This document shows positions 30,572 to 39,951 of a DNA stretch of 64,000 nucleotides, piece by piece. The translations under genes were made by a program, and so were the position numbers. Every line of letters begins with the position of its first letter. The stretch's first letter is position 1. Source of the stretch: Alphaproteobacteria bacterium MarineAlpha9_Bin6 (GTDB lineage: Bacteria; Pseudomonadota; Alphaproteobacteria; UBA7887); NCBI GenBank assembly GCA_002937585.1, contig PTKE01000001.1, positions 5,936 through 69,935 on the forward strand. The letters are read 5' to 3'. The notes below the pieces were generated by a model. That model had not been told where the DNA came from and did not search any database. It saw only the letters and a program-made list of their open reading frames with translations.

Positions 30572-31621
30572 ATGGATTTCGGCATGCAGTTCTTCCCCTG
30601 CGTGGGGCCCGAGACCAAACCGGCTGATCAATATTTTCAAGAGTGCCTGTCGTTGGTTAGCCTGGCTGATGAACTTGGGTACAGCCACATCCGGATCGTC
30701 GAACATTATTTTCATCCGTACGGTGGGTACAGCCCTAATCCTATCGTATTCCTGTCTGCAGCATCCCAGCACACGAAAAAAGCGCGTCTTATTACAGGTG
30801 CCATCCTCCCGATTTTCAACAACCCGCTCAAGCTTGCGGGAGAAATAGGCATGCTAGACGCCATATCCGGTGGGCGCCTGGAGGTTGGTTTTGCGCGGGC
30901 TTTTCTCCCCCATGAGTTCAGTCGGTTTGGCGTTTCGCTCGACCAGAGCAAGCGTCGTTTTGTTGAAGGCATGGAGCAGATCCGTGCATTACTCGAAAAT
31001 GACGTGCACGCCGCCGAAGGAGAATTTCATCAGTTCCCACCTACGACTTCACTACCGAGGCCCACTCAGCGCCCGCGCCCTCCGTTCTGGATCGCTGCCT
31101 TCGCTACACCTGAATCATTCGTTGCCGCAGGTGCAGCTGGTCACTCGGTCATGGCGATCCCTTTGTCCGGGGGGCGCATGGCAGAGCTCATTAGTCTATA
31201 TAGAGATGCATGGCGGGCGGGCGGGCACCCAGGAAACGGCCGTGTTATGTTGGCATTTCATATGTTCTGCTGGCCGAATGAAGCAGGAGCCATTGCACAT
31301 TCCCGTGAGCGAGTTAACAGTTACCTACGCTCACTTGCTGATGCGGCCTCCGACTGGATTGGTGGCGCGACATCTGCCGACTACCCCGGATACGACAAAA
31401 TAATGGCGGGTCTGGCTGAGGAAACGTTTGAAAGCCAGGTAAGCAAGGGCGCTGCATGGATCGGAACGCCAGAACAGATTTGTGCGCAGATTACCGATTA
31501 CCAAAAATTAGTCGGCAATTTTGAGATAGCTTCATTGCAGGTTAATTTCCACGATATGCCACTTGAGATGGCAGTATCTTCGGTACGACTTTTTGCCAGT
31601 GAGGTGATGCCAAATTTCTAA
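30572..31621 (+). CDS. LLM-class (luciferase-like) flavin-dependent oxidoreductase
   Basis: 349 aa; bacterial-luciferase-like TIM-barrel composition (IRIVEHYFHPYGG..., LEVGFARAFLPHEF). Confidence 0.75.
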   Translation: MDFGMQFFPCVGPETKPADQYFQECLSLVSLADELGYSHIRIVEHYFHPYGGYSPNPIVFLSAASQHTKKARLITGAILPIFNNPLKLAGEIGMLDAISGGRLEVGFARAFLPHEFSRFGVSLDQSKRRFVEGMEQIRALLENDVHAAEGEFHQFPPTTSLPRPTQRPRPPFWIAAFATPESFVAAGAAGHSVMAIPLSGGRMAELISLYRDAWRAGGHPGNGRVMLAFHMFCWPNEAGAIAHSRERVNSYLRSLADAASDWIGGATSADYPGYDKIMAGLAEETFESQVSKGAAWIGTPEQICAQITDYQKLVGNFEIASLQVNFHDMPLEMAVSSVRLFASEVMPNF

Positions 31622-31934
31622 AATGATCGGCGTGCGAAACATCGCCCCGAGCCTCTACCACACCCCTGAAACGGAGCTTGCGCCTACCACGAAACAATAA
31701 TTGGTCTGGTTCCTCAGCAAGCTTTAGTACTAAGTCGTATCGAACCCGCGTCCGGCCAGGTTTCATCTTAATCATGACAGAATCAGACGTGCTACGCGTG
31801 ACAACTCCATCCCATATAACGTGTCGACCGGCACAAAGCTCATCGAATACTTCGACAGCCTCCTCTGGCGTATTCAAAACGCGTGCTTCCGCTGCACTCC
31901 CGCCAGAAGTCCCTCCAAGCCAACGCGGAACCAT
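31542..31934 (-). CDS. Possible small hypothetical ORF in an otherwise empty 480-bp gap (weak)
   Basis: 130-aa minus-strand ORF with protein-like composition (EAVEVFDELCAGRHVIWDGVVTRSTSDSVMIKMKPGRTRVRYDLVLKLAEE); its 3-prime 80 nt overlap the LLM gene; no RBS and no recognisable family. Confidence 0.2.
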   Translation of the reverse strand: MVPRWLGGTSGGSAAEARVLNTPEEAVEVFDELCAGRHVIWDGVVTRSTSDSVMIKMKPGRTRVRYDLVLKLAEEPDQLLFRGRRKLRFRGVVEARGDVSHADHFRNLASPHWQKVVPKILPSQVAYRGN

Positions 31935-32046
31935 CGAACGCTACGTACTGGCCCAGCACGTAGTAGCAACCACCCGAGGAACACATGATAGAAATTGAGA
32001 CGCACTTTATTATTTCCCGTAACGTTACATCTGAAACTGGCAGGAT

Positions 32047-32080
32047 CGCGGATGAAACTACGACGCCTAACGCATCCGCG
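32047..32080. promoter_or_regulatory. 8-bp perfect inverted repeat CGCGGATG-N18-CATCCGCG immediately upstream of the DUF3237 gene
   Basis: Seen in the sequence at 32047-32054 and 32073-32080; ends 24 nt before the probable DUF3237 start. Confidence 0.25.
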
Positions 32081-32103
32081 TGTCGATATATGGGTTCCGA
32101 TCA

Positions 32104-32574
32104 ATGACACAGCCAACAGCGCTACAAACGGAATTTTTGTGCACCATGCGAATCCGGGTCGTGGACAGCCATATCATCGAAGACATACCAGGTGGCACAC
32201 GTCGGCGCATTGACCTGCTTGGTGACGGCAGTATTACCGGACCTCGCCTAAACGGAAAAATTCTACCGGGCGGCGCCGACGCATTGCTCACACGGAACGA
32301 TGGTAGCCTCACGCCTGATGTCCGGTTAGTCATAAAGACGCATGATGATGCATTGATCTTTGTACAGTACCGTGGCATTCGGCACGGAAAACCGGAGATT
32401 ATGGATCGCATTGCCGCTGGAGAAAACGTCAGTCCAAATGAATATTACCTCCGTAACACGCCGTTTTTTGAAACTAGTTCGGGCCCATATGAGTGGCTCA
32501 ACCATATCGTTTCTGTCGGAGTAGGACGAAGAGAAACAGACAGCGCAGTATACGACGTCTATGAAATTCTCTGA
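32104..32574 (+). CDS. DUF3237-family protein
   Basis: Matches the DUF3237 consensus (GTRRRIDLLGDGSITGPRLNGKILPGGADALLTRNDGSL...FVQYRGIRHGKPE...YYLRNTPFFET); the start is probably at MTQPTAL (32104) while the ORF track begins at 32080. Confidence 0.65.
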   Translation: MTQPTALQTEFLCTMRIRVVDSHIIEDIPGGTRRRIDLLGDGSITGPRLNGKILPGGADALLTRNDGSLTPDVRLVIKTHDDALIFVQYRGIRHGKPEIMDRIAAGENVSPNEYYLRNTPFFETSSGPYEWLNHIVSVGVGRRETDSAVYDVYEIL

Positions 32575-32775
32575 TCTATTGTTTTGTAACCAATAGGGTA
32601 TTTACAGAAACCGTCTTTCATTTTTGAGTTTCAGATTCCTGAAGGACCGGTGCTAACATATGGCCTGAGAAAAATGGGCATGACAAAGAAAGCATCACCA
32701 TTGTAATGACGTAGCGTTTGAGTACTTGGTACGGTGGCGTCCACCAATCGTTCTAACCTCACATATATGATAATC

Positions 32776-34098
32776 ATGAAACAAACTTCTGCTCGGCCTT
32801 CTGCCAATCTTTGCGCCATGTTTTTTGCAGGCATGGCTATCCTTTCCACCCTTATGGTACCTGCTACTGCACGTGCTGAAGATGAAGCCATATTGCGACT
32901 AGGCATCGTAAGTTTTCTCTCCGGCCCAGCAGCTGGACCGTTTGGGGTCCCGGCGGCAAATGCAGCAAAGATGATGGTGGGCGCACTGAACGCTGGGCGC
33001 ATTCCCCAGCCGTACAATGGAATTGGAATAGCTGGCGCCCAAATCGAGATCGTTCTGGTCGATGAAGCCGGTGGTGTTACCAAACAAGTCACCGAATACC
33101 GGAATATGATTCAGCGACGTGGAGTTGACGCAGTTATTGGCTATATCTCCAGTGGAAGCTGCCTGGGGATTGCTCCAGTGGCAGAAGAAATGAAGGTACT
33201 AACCGTATTTCACACATGCGGCACGCCGCGTATCTTCGAGGAAGCTAACTATCGCTATGTGTTTCGTACTGCTTCTCATTCTGCAACGGACGGGATCGGT
33301 GCCGCACGTTACCTCGTTGACCGTTTCCCGAATTTAAAATCATACGCGGGCATCAACCAAAATTACGCTTGGGGCCACGATTCATGGCGCGATTTTGAAG
33401 GTGCGTTAAAAGTTTTGAAGCCAGACTTTGAATTTAAGACTCACCAATTACCCAAATTATTTGCTGGGCAATATAACGCGGAAATTTCAGCTCTGCTGGT
33501 AAGCCGTCCGGATGCCCTTCATTCAAGTTTGTTCGGCGGGGACTTAGAGGCCTTTATTTTCCAAGCAACCGCTCGTGGGCTGCATGAAAACACCAGACTC
33601 ATCCTGACCACCGGCGAAACTATGATGTTCCAGCTCGCCAAACGGCTTCCAGATGGTTTGATTATGGGGGCGCGCGGCCCTTACGGGGTATTTGCCAGCG
33701 ATACTCCCATCAACAAATGGTTCCGCAAGGAGTTCCAAGATAACTTTGGACTGCTACCAACGTATCCAGCCTATATGATGGGACAAGCTATATTGGGACT
33801 AAAAGCAGCCTACGAAGCCGTAAAAACGAAAGACGCTCTTCCTGACACTGAAGCCGTGGTTGATGCCTTCTCTTTTCTTGAATACACCGCCATCGGAACA
33901 ACTGTCAAAATGGCTCTTGGCGAAGGCCATCAAGCGATAACTGGCACTGCTTACGGCATCTTTGGACATAATGAAGATACCGGCGCACCGATTATCAACA
34001 ATGTGATTTCCTATTCGGCAGAATGTGTCAATCCACCAGCGTCCACCAACACCGTCGACTGGATTGCACAAGGTATGCCTGGCGCGCAATGCGACTAA
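32776..34098 (+). CDS. ABC-type substrate-binding protein (Liv/amide-binding type-I PBP), orphan
   Basis: About 440 aa with signal peptide AMFFAGMAILSTLMVPATARA; periplasmic binding fold; no permease or ATPase genes adjacent; start uncertain (ORF track 32734). Confidence 0.7.
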   Translation: MKQTSARPSANLCAMFFAGMAILSTLMVPATARAEDEAILRLGIVSFLSGPAAGPFGVPAANAAKMMVGALNAGRIPQPYNGIGIAGAQIEIVLVDEAGGVTKQVTEYRNMIQRRGVDAVIGYISSGSCLGIAPVAEEMKVLTVFHTCGTPRIFEEANYRYVFRTASHSATDGIGAARYLVDRFPNLKSYAGINQNYAWGHDSWRDFEGALKVLKPDFEFKTHQLPKLFAGQYNAEISALLVSRPDALHSSLFGGDLEAFIFQATARGLHENTRLILTTGETMMFQLAKRLPDGLIMGARGPYGVFASDTPINKWFRKEFQDNFGLLPTYPAYMMGQAILGLKAAYEAVKTKDALPDTEAVVDAFSFLEYTAIGTTVKMALGEGHQAITGTAYGIFGHNEDTGAPIINNVISYSAECVNPPASTNTVDWIAQGMPGAQCD

Positions 34099-34150
34099 CG
34101 ATTTTGAGCACTAGACCACAACGTAACGCAATGCAATCAGGAGCAACGCC

Positions 34151-35941
34151 ATGCCAAAGATGAAAGGTGGAGAACTCGTTACCGAATTCCTGATTAAAGA
34201 AAACATTCCCTATGTATTCGGCATCTGTGGGCATGGAAATGTTGGAATATTAGACGCACTACAACAGGCGCAAGATCGAATTACAATGATTTCGCCACGG
34301 CACGAACAAACTGCGGGCCATATGGCGGATGCATACTTTCGAGTCCGACATGAACCTGTTGCAACATTGACTTCATGTGGACCAGGATCCGCTAATTTAA
34401 TCATGTCGTTGGCCAATGCTCTGGCCGACTCCTCAGCCTTTCTAGCAATCACCGCTAACGTACCAACCCAACAGTTTAACCGGGGTCCGTTCCAGGAACT
34501 CAACCGGCATAATCAGGCTGACTTTCCCTCCCTAGTGCGTCCGGTAGTAAAACGAAGCTTCCAAGCATACCGTGTTGAAATGTTGCCACTAATGTTGAGG
34601 CAAGCGACCACTACCATGATGTCTGGACGGCCCGGACCCGTGAATTTGGACATACCCTATAACCTGTTTCAAGAAGAGGCAGATGTAGAGGTCCCAGATT
34701 CGGCTCGGACATTGATCAGTCAACGCTCGGGTGCATCGACCGAAGATATTGAGGCAGTCGCCAAACTCCTGTCAAAGGCAGAACGTCCCCTGCTATTTAT
34801 CGGTCACGGGGTAACACTTTCAGAAGCAAGCGAGGAACTGAGTACGCTGGTCCGACTACTCAACATCCCTGTAGTCAGTTCCCCAAATGGCATGGGATGC
34901 CTGGATATGCGCGCGCCCCAATCTGTCGGATTCATTGGCAGAAATGGCGCATACCCCGCCAATCAAGCCGGTCGGCACTGCGATCTTCTCTTGGCAATCG
35001 GTGCACGCTTCGACGACCGATCCGCCTCCTCATGGATCCAGGGTTATTCCTGGAACATGCCAGAAACGACGCTGATCCAAGTTGACATCGATGTCTCGGA
35101 GATAGGCCGTAATTATTCCGTCGACCTCGGGATTGTCGCAGATGCGCGCACATTCCTGCGTCAATTGCTGGGCGAATTAGACCACAAAGTAACAAACAAC
35201 ACTGACCACGCCACTGCCTGGCAAGCACAGATCCAGAACTGGCGCGAAGAATGGGAAAATTATACGGCGCCCAATTTTGCGGTGGATTCCTCACCGATGC
35301 GCCCGGAACGAGTAGTTTCCGATGTCCGAAAGGTTCTTCCAAACGATGCAATCATCTCGCTTGATTCCGGCGTTCATCATAATTGGTTCATGCAGTTCTG
35401 GGAGGCTCGCCAACCCCAAACCATGTTGAACGCTTGGGGTTATTCGGCGATGGGTTTCGGCGTAAGCGGAATTCTTGGAGCAAAACTTGCTGCACCGGAC
35501 CGCCCATGCGTTTCGATATGTGGTGATGGTGGTTTCACGATGACTCCCCATGTGCTGTGCACAGCGGTTGAATATGATATTCCGGCGGTCTGGGTCGTTT
35601 GGAATAACTTTGCCTGGGCAGCAATCCGGGACATCCAATACGGACTTTTTGAAGGGCGCGAACTCGGGACAGCGTTTTATAAAGGTGAAAATCGAGAACC
35701 CTATAATCCCGATTTTGCGGCGATGGCTCGATCTTGCGGAGTCGACGCCGCAACTATCACACACTCACGTGATCTGGCAGAAGCACTTGAGCACGCAATC
35801 AAACAGAACAAACCCTACCTATTAGATGTGCATGTAGATGCCGAGATACGTCCACCCGCAACAGGCACCTGGGAGTTACCACCAATTCCTCACAAAGAAC
35901 CGGTATTTGGCAGCCCTTATCTTCAAAACAATGCATCCTAA
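34151..35941 (+). CDS. Thiamine-pyrophosphate-dependent enzyme (acetolactate-synthase / benzoylformate-decarboxylase superfamily)
   Basis: 596 aa; N-terminal Pyr domain (GICGHGNVGILDAL), central domain, and C-terminal TPP-binding motif ICGDGGFTM...NN. Confidence 0.8.
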   Translation: MPKMKGGELVTEFLIKENIPYVFGICGHGNVGILDALQQAQDRITMISPRHEQTAGHMADAYFRVRHEPVATLTSCGPGSANLIMSLANALADSSAFLAITANVPTQQFNRGPFQELNRHNQADFPSLVRPVVKRSFQAYRVEMLPLMLRQATTTMMSGRPGPVNLDIPYNLFQEEADVEVPDSARTLISQRSGASTEDIEAVAKLLSKAERPLLFIGHGVTLSEASEELSTLVRLLNIPVVSSPNGMGCLDMRAPQSVGFIGRNGAYPANQAGRHCDLLLAIGARFDDRSASSWIQGYSWNMPETTLIQVDIDVSEIGRNYSVDLGIVADARTFLRQLLGELDHKVTNNTDHATAWQAQIQNWREEWENYTAPNFAVDSSPMRPERVVSDVRKVLPNDAIISLDSGVHHNWFMQFWEARQPQTMLNAWGYSAMGFGVSGILGAKLAAPDRPCVSICGDGGFTMTPHVLCTAVEYDIPAVWVVWNNFAWAAIRDIQYGLFEGRELGTAFYKGENREPYNPDFAAMARSCGVDAATITHSRDLAEALEHAIKQNKPYLLDVHVDAEIRPPATGTWELPPIPHKEPVFGSPYLQNNAS

Positions 35942-35969
35942 GTGCTGAAGGAAGTAAAACAGGTGACCG

Positions 35970-36359
35970 ATGTCTGACAAAAGCGAAAACAAAGAAGAAA
36001 TTAGCAAAGCAATAATCCGCAAGGCAGTTGAAGTGATGTGGGAGGATTTGCCAGGACACTTCGACGGTGCCTTGTCAAAAATGCTGATAACCCCCTCGAA
36101 TGCTCCGACTAAACATTTTGATTTTCGTCTCTCTACCTACCAACCCAAAGGCTTTGTCGCCAAACACCGTCACGAGGTCGAAGAACAGATTTACTATATG
36201 CTTGAAGGAGAAGGTTTGATGGAGCTAGATGGCGTCCGTAAAGTGGTACGCTCTGGGGCAACCATTTTCATTCCTTCCGGGGTCGAGCACGCTCTTTACA
36301 ATACCGGAACCAACGACCTTACTTTCCTGGTAATCACCAGCCCCCCTCTAACTAACTGA
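35970..36359 (+). CDS. Cupin-domain protein
   Basis: 129 aa; cupin motifs (HRHEVEEQIYYMLEGEG ... FIPSGVEHALYN); overlaps the convergent TcuA-like gene by 12 nt. Confidence 0.65.
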   Translation: MSDKSENKEEISKAIIRKAVEVMWEDLPGHFDGALSKMLITPSNAPTKHFDFRLSTYQPKGFVAKHRHEVEEQIYYMLEGEGLMELDGVRKVVRSGATIFIPSGVEHALYNTGTNDLTFLVITSPPLTN

Positions 36360-37853
36360 ATTTCCTGTATCCTCACCAATAGCGAACTGCCCGGAAGAAA
36401 CGCCAGCAATACGCCCAAAGACAGCTCCAGAGGTCAGGCCGGTACCGCCCGGATAGTTGAAATAGAACAACCCCCCAACCAATTCACCAGCTGCATACAA
36501 CCCAGCAATCGGGGCTTGTTCCATATCAAGGACATGAGCTTGGTTATCGACTCGTAACCCTCCAAAGGTGAAGGTAATGCCGCAGGTTACGGCATATGCC
36601 GAGAATGGGGGTTGATCGATTCGATTAGCCCAATTTGACTTCGGCACTGAAAGTCCGACCGTACCTCGGCCATCCTTGATGTTGGGATTAAAGTCTATCT
36701 CTGTAGACACCGCGGCATTGTATGCGTCAACAGTCATACGGGCACGTGAGGAATTCACACCATCAAGTTTTCCAACGAGATCTTCGAGATTCTCGGCGGT
36801 GACCTTGGTGACCTCACGAATTCGATACTCGTCACGTAAAAGATGAGCCACTTGAGAATCGAATATTTGCCAGGCAAATTGCCCTGGTTGCTTCAAAACC
36901 TCGCTTCCATACTTCGCGTATGTGTAGTTACGAAAGTCCGCTCCCTCATCGACAAAACGTTCTCCGTTGGCGTTGATCATAATGCCAAAGGGATAACTAT
37001 GTTTCTGAAAACCATCTCCGACAGCAAGATCACCAAAGTCAGGCGCATTCCGATCCCATCCAACGGCATGGCAACCTGACCAATTCCCATACGGCATAGC
37101 ACCGGCGTCAAGCGCTATTTTAATGCCACCTCCGGTATTGAAGCGACTTCCACGGACTTTCGCCAAGTCCCAACCAGGGCCTAAATATCGCGTGCGCCAT
37201 TCAGTATTCGCTTCAAAACCGCCACTGGCTAAAACAACTGCATTTGCTTTAATATCGAACGTTTTTCCGTCACGGCGAACGCGAACGCCGTTTACCCCAC
37301 TATTATCTTGCGTCAGTTTAACTGCACGGGTTCCATAAAATACTTCGATCCCGGCTTTTCGCGCTGCTGAAAATAGTGCATCGACTAAGCCGGGACCGCC
37401 ACCCCACGCCTCAACGGTTAAACCACCCCAAAACTTGAACCGCCCACCAACCTTAAACGCTTGGCGACCGTAAATTGGAACAAATCGAACGCCCTTGTCA
37501 CGCATCCACAAGAGCGTCGTCATACTCCGCTTAACCAACAGGTCAACCAGATCAGGATCGGAGCGGTATTCAGTAACACGCGCCATATCATCAAAAAATT
37601 CATCTTGGGTGTATGTGCCAAAATCAGTTGTTTCGATCTCTTGCGCCGATAAGTCTGGCATCAATGCCTTTAATTCTTCGACCCCCTCATAAGCCACCCG
37701 AACCGCACCCGCAGTGAAACGGGAATTACCTCCCCGTTCTTCCTCAGGAGCACACTCTAGAACTACTACCGATGCCCCCTGCTCGCGTGCCGCTATAGCG
37801 GCACATAATCCAGCATTACCGGCCCCGACCACGACTACCTTACGATTCGACAT
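36348..37853 (-). CDS. FAD-binding dehydrogenase, tricarballylate-dehydrogenase (TcuA) / fumarate-reductase-flavoprotein-like
   Basis: 501 aa; N-terminal VVVVGAGNAGLCAAIAA dinucleotide-binding motif; TcuA-like length and motifs. Confidence 0.7.
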   Translation of the reverse strand: MSNRKVVVVGAGNAGLCAAIAAREQGASVVVLECAPEEERGGNSRFTAGAVRVAYEGVEELKALMPDLSAQEIETTDFGTYTQDEFFDDMARVTEYRSDPDLVDLLVKRSMTTLLWMRDKGVRFVPIYGRQAFKVGGRFKFWGGLTVEAWGGGPGLVDALFSAARKAGIEVFYGTRAVKLTQDNSGVNGVRVRRDGKTFDIKANAVVLASGGFEANTEWRTRYLGPGWDLAKVRGSRFNTGGGIKIALDAGAMPYGNWSGCHAVGWDRNAPDFGDLAVGDGFQKHSYPFGIMINANGERFVDEGADFRNYTYAKYGSEVLKQPGQFAWQIFDSQVAHLLRDEYRIREVTKVTAENLEDLVGKLDGVNSSRARMTVDAYNAAVSTEIDFNPNIKDGRGTVGLSVPKSNWANRIDQPPFSAYAVTCGITFTFGGLRVDNQAHVLDMEQAPIAGLYAAGELVGGLFYFNYPGGTGLTSGAVFGRIAGVSSGQFAIGEDTGNSVS

Positions 37854-37969
37854 ACACCGCCTCCGGAAAAACTGCTAACGTGATAATAGCGCTTGCACAA
37901 ACGCCGCAAAGGTCATTACAAACATTCCTTAGCAAAGGCCCGCTTCATAAAAAATTAGAAAGTAAAAGC

Positions 37970-38188
37970 ATGGCGCAGCAAGTCCACACTGATGTTTCGG
38001 GATTGGTTTGGAAAGTGCTCGTTAAACCTGGCGATCAGGTCAAGAGCGGAGACGTGTTATTCATACTCGAAGTAATGAAAACGGAGGTGCCATACGAAGC
38101 CGACATGGACGGTGAAATCACGGCAGTCCACATCACGGAAGACACAGGCATGGTCCAAGAGGACACTCTTGCTATTGAAATCTCCTAA
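37970..38188 (+). CDS. Stand-alone biotinyl (biotin/lipoyl-attachment) domain protein, mini-BCCP
   Basis: About 72 aa from MAQQ (ORF track 37880); flanking pattern G.V..VLVKPGDQVKSGDVLFILEVMKTE...GEITAVHI...TLAIEI matches the biotinyl-domain fold with the candidate biotinyl-Lys in EVMKT; convergent, 24 bp from the carboxyltransferase stop. Confidence 0.55.
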   Translation: MAQQVHTDVSGLVWKVLVKPGDQVKSGDVLFILEVMKTEVPYEADMDGEITAVHITEDTGMVQEDTLAIEIS

Positions 38189-38212
38189 CTGAAAAAATAA
38201 CCCGAGCACATC

Positions 38213-39760
38213 TCAAGGTCGCATCGTAAAACTGGCAGTGCCGGTTTTCCGGAGAGGTGCCGCGATGTTGGCAAACTCACACAACAATGGGCGAGTATCG
38301 CGCGGGTCAATTAGTTCTTCTACTGAATATCGCTCAGCAGTACGGAAGGGCGAACGCACTTGATTAAGCCGATATTCGATGTCTGCCAGCATTACGTCTC
38401 GATCTTCTGCCTTTTCCAAATCTGATTTGTAAGCTGCCTCAATCCCTCCTTCAAGCGGCAGCGAGCCCCAATCTCCAGAAGGCCAAGCGTATCTGTATTG
38501 AAAACGCTCTGCGTTGCTATGGCCGGCACCCGCTACCCCAAATACTTTGCGGATCAATACCGAACACCACGGAACCCGTGCCTGATAGAGTGCGGCGAGT
38601 GCCCGTGCGCCGTGCCGAATCGTTGCTGATTTTTCCGATTGCGTCCCAATCACAAAACCGGGGCAATCGACCAAATGCACCACCGGTAAATGAAACGTCT
38701 CAGCAAAATCGACAAATCGGGTCACCTTTATTGCAGCGTCGGCCGTCCAACCCCCAGCGTAAATGCGCGGATCACCTGCCATCAGTGCCACAGGCCAACC
38801 GTCTAACCGGGCCAAACCCGTAATGGCTGAGCGACCAAACAAGCGCCCTATTTCAAAAAAAGAACCTTTATCAACCACTGCCTCGACGATTGGCCGCATT
38901 TCGTAAATCTTACGACGGTCTCTTGGAACCGCCTCTATCAACCATTCCTCACGCCTGTCTTTTGAATCTGTCGGTTCGGTCCTTGGCGGCAAGTCATGCA
39001 CTGACGAGGGAAGATACGACAAAAAAGACTTTGTTCGAGCAAAAGCCTCAGCCTCGGACTCAACTTCATCGTCTACCGCACCATTGCGACAGTGTATGCT
39101 ACTGCCGCCCAGTTCCTCTTTAGTCACCTTCTCGCCCAGTCTTGCCACCACGGGCGGGCCAGCAACAAACATCTGAGACTGTCCTTTTACCATAAGCGCA
39201 TAGTGACTGGTCGCCACCCTCGCTGCACCAAGTCCGGCTACTGGTCCGAGCGCGAGTGCAACGACGGGCACTTGACCCATATTGGCAACCACCCAGTCCC
39301 ACCCTGGATTACCCGGAACATACGTATATCCGTCGGTTTCGAGTGATTTTACGGATCCGCCTCCGCCCGTGCCCTCAACTAATCTGACTACTGGTAAATT
39401 TAACTCGTAGGCCATCTGCTCGGCCGCGATTTGCTTCTCGTGAATAGTGGCGTCAGCCGCACCACCGCGAACAGTAAAATCGTCGCCTACTAAAACCACA
39501 TTTCGCTCATCGATCCTCCCTCTACCAAATATACAGTTCGAAGGCCGGAAGGACTTTAACTTACCATCTGGACCATATTCCGACTTGCCGCTTATCGCCC
39601 CAATTTCGTGAAAACTATCCGGGTCTAGAATGGCATCAATACGCTCCCGGATAGTAAGTCTGCCTGCATCGTGCTGGCGTTTGATCTTTTCTGGCCCACC
39701 CATCGCGTAAGCCAGACTAATCCGCCTGTTCAGTTCATCGATTTCAGCATTCCAAGACAT
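38213..39760 (-). CDS. Acyl-CoA carboxylase carboxyltransferase (beta) subunit, methylcrotonyl/geranyl-CoA carboxylase beta-like
   Basis: 515 aa; N-terminus aligns with MccB/AtuC-type CT (RISLAYAMGGPEKIKRQHDAGRLTIRERIDAILDPDSF); two crotonase-like CT domains. Confidence 0.8.
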   Translation of the reverse strand: MSWNAEIDELNRRISLAYAMGGPEKIKRQHDAGRLTIRERIDAILDPDSFHEIGAISGKSEYGPDGKLKSFRPSNCIFGRGRIDERNVVLVGDDFTVRGGAADATIHEKQIAAEQMAYELNLPVVRLVEGTGGGGSVKSLETDGYTYVPGNPGWDWVVANMGQVPVVALALGPVAGLGAARVATSHYALMVKGQSQMFVAGPPVVARLGEKVTKEELGGSSIHCRNGAVDDEVESEAEAFARTKSFLSYLPSSVHDLPPRTEPTDSKDRREEWLIEAVPRDRRKIYEMRPIVEAVVDKGSFFEIGRLFGRSAITGLARLDGWPVALMAGDPRIYAGGWTADAAIKVTRFVDFAETFHLPVVHLVDCPGFVIGTQSEKSATIRHGARALAALYQARVPWCSVLIRKVFGVAGAGHSNAERFQYRYAWPSGDWGSLPLEGGIEAAYKSDLEKAEDRDVMLADIEYRLNQVRSPFRTAERYSVEELIDPRDTRPLLCEFANIAAPLRKTGTASFTMRP

Positions 39761-39951
39761 AATATAAATTTACGACTTTCTTGAATTCTTACTGAGCTCG
39801 TTATCTTCAAACAATTTAAATCGTGCCAAGATGGATACCATTTCCCTGATTTTTCTCATGCGACATAACTTTTCTGGCTCGTCTGATCATGGAGGACTTG
39901 TTGTTACAGATAGGATCGGTGTCATAAATCTCTTATTCCAATCTTAGCCCT

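Noticed and set aside
31678-31998. A plus-strand 106-aa ORF in the 480-bp gap
   Set aside because: It has a Ser/Thr-rich low-complexity translation with no RBS. The minus-strand alternative is slightly more protein-like, and I list even that at only 0.2.
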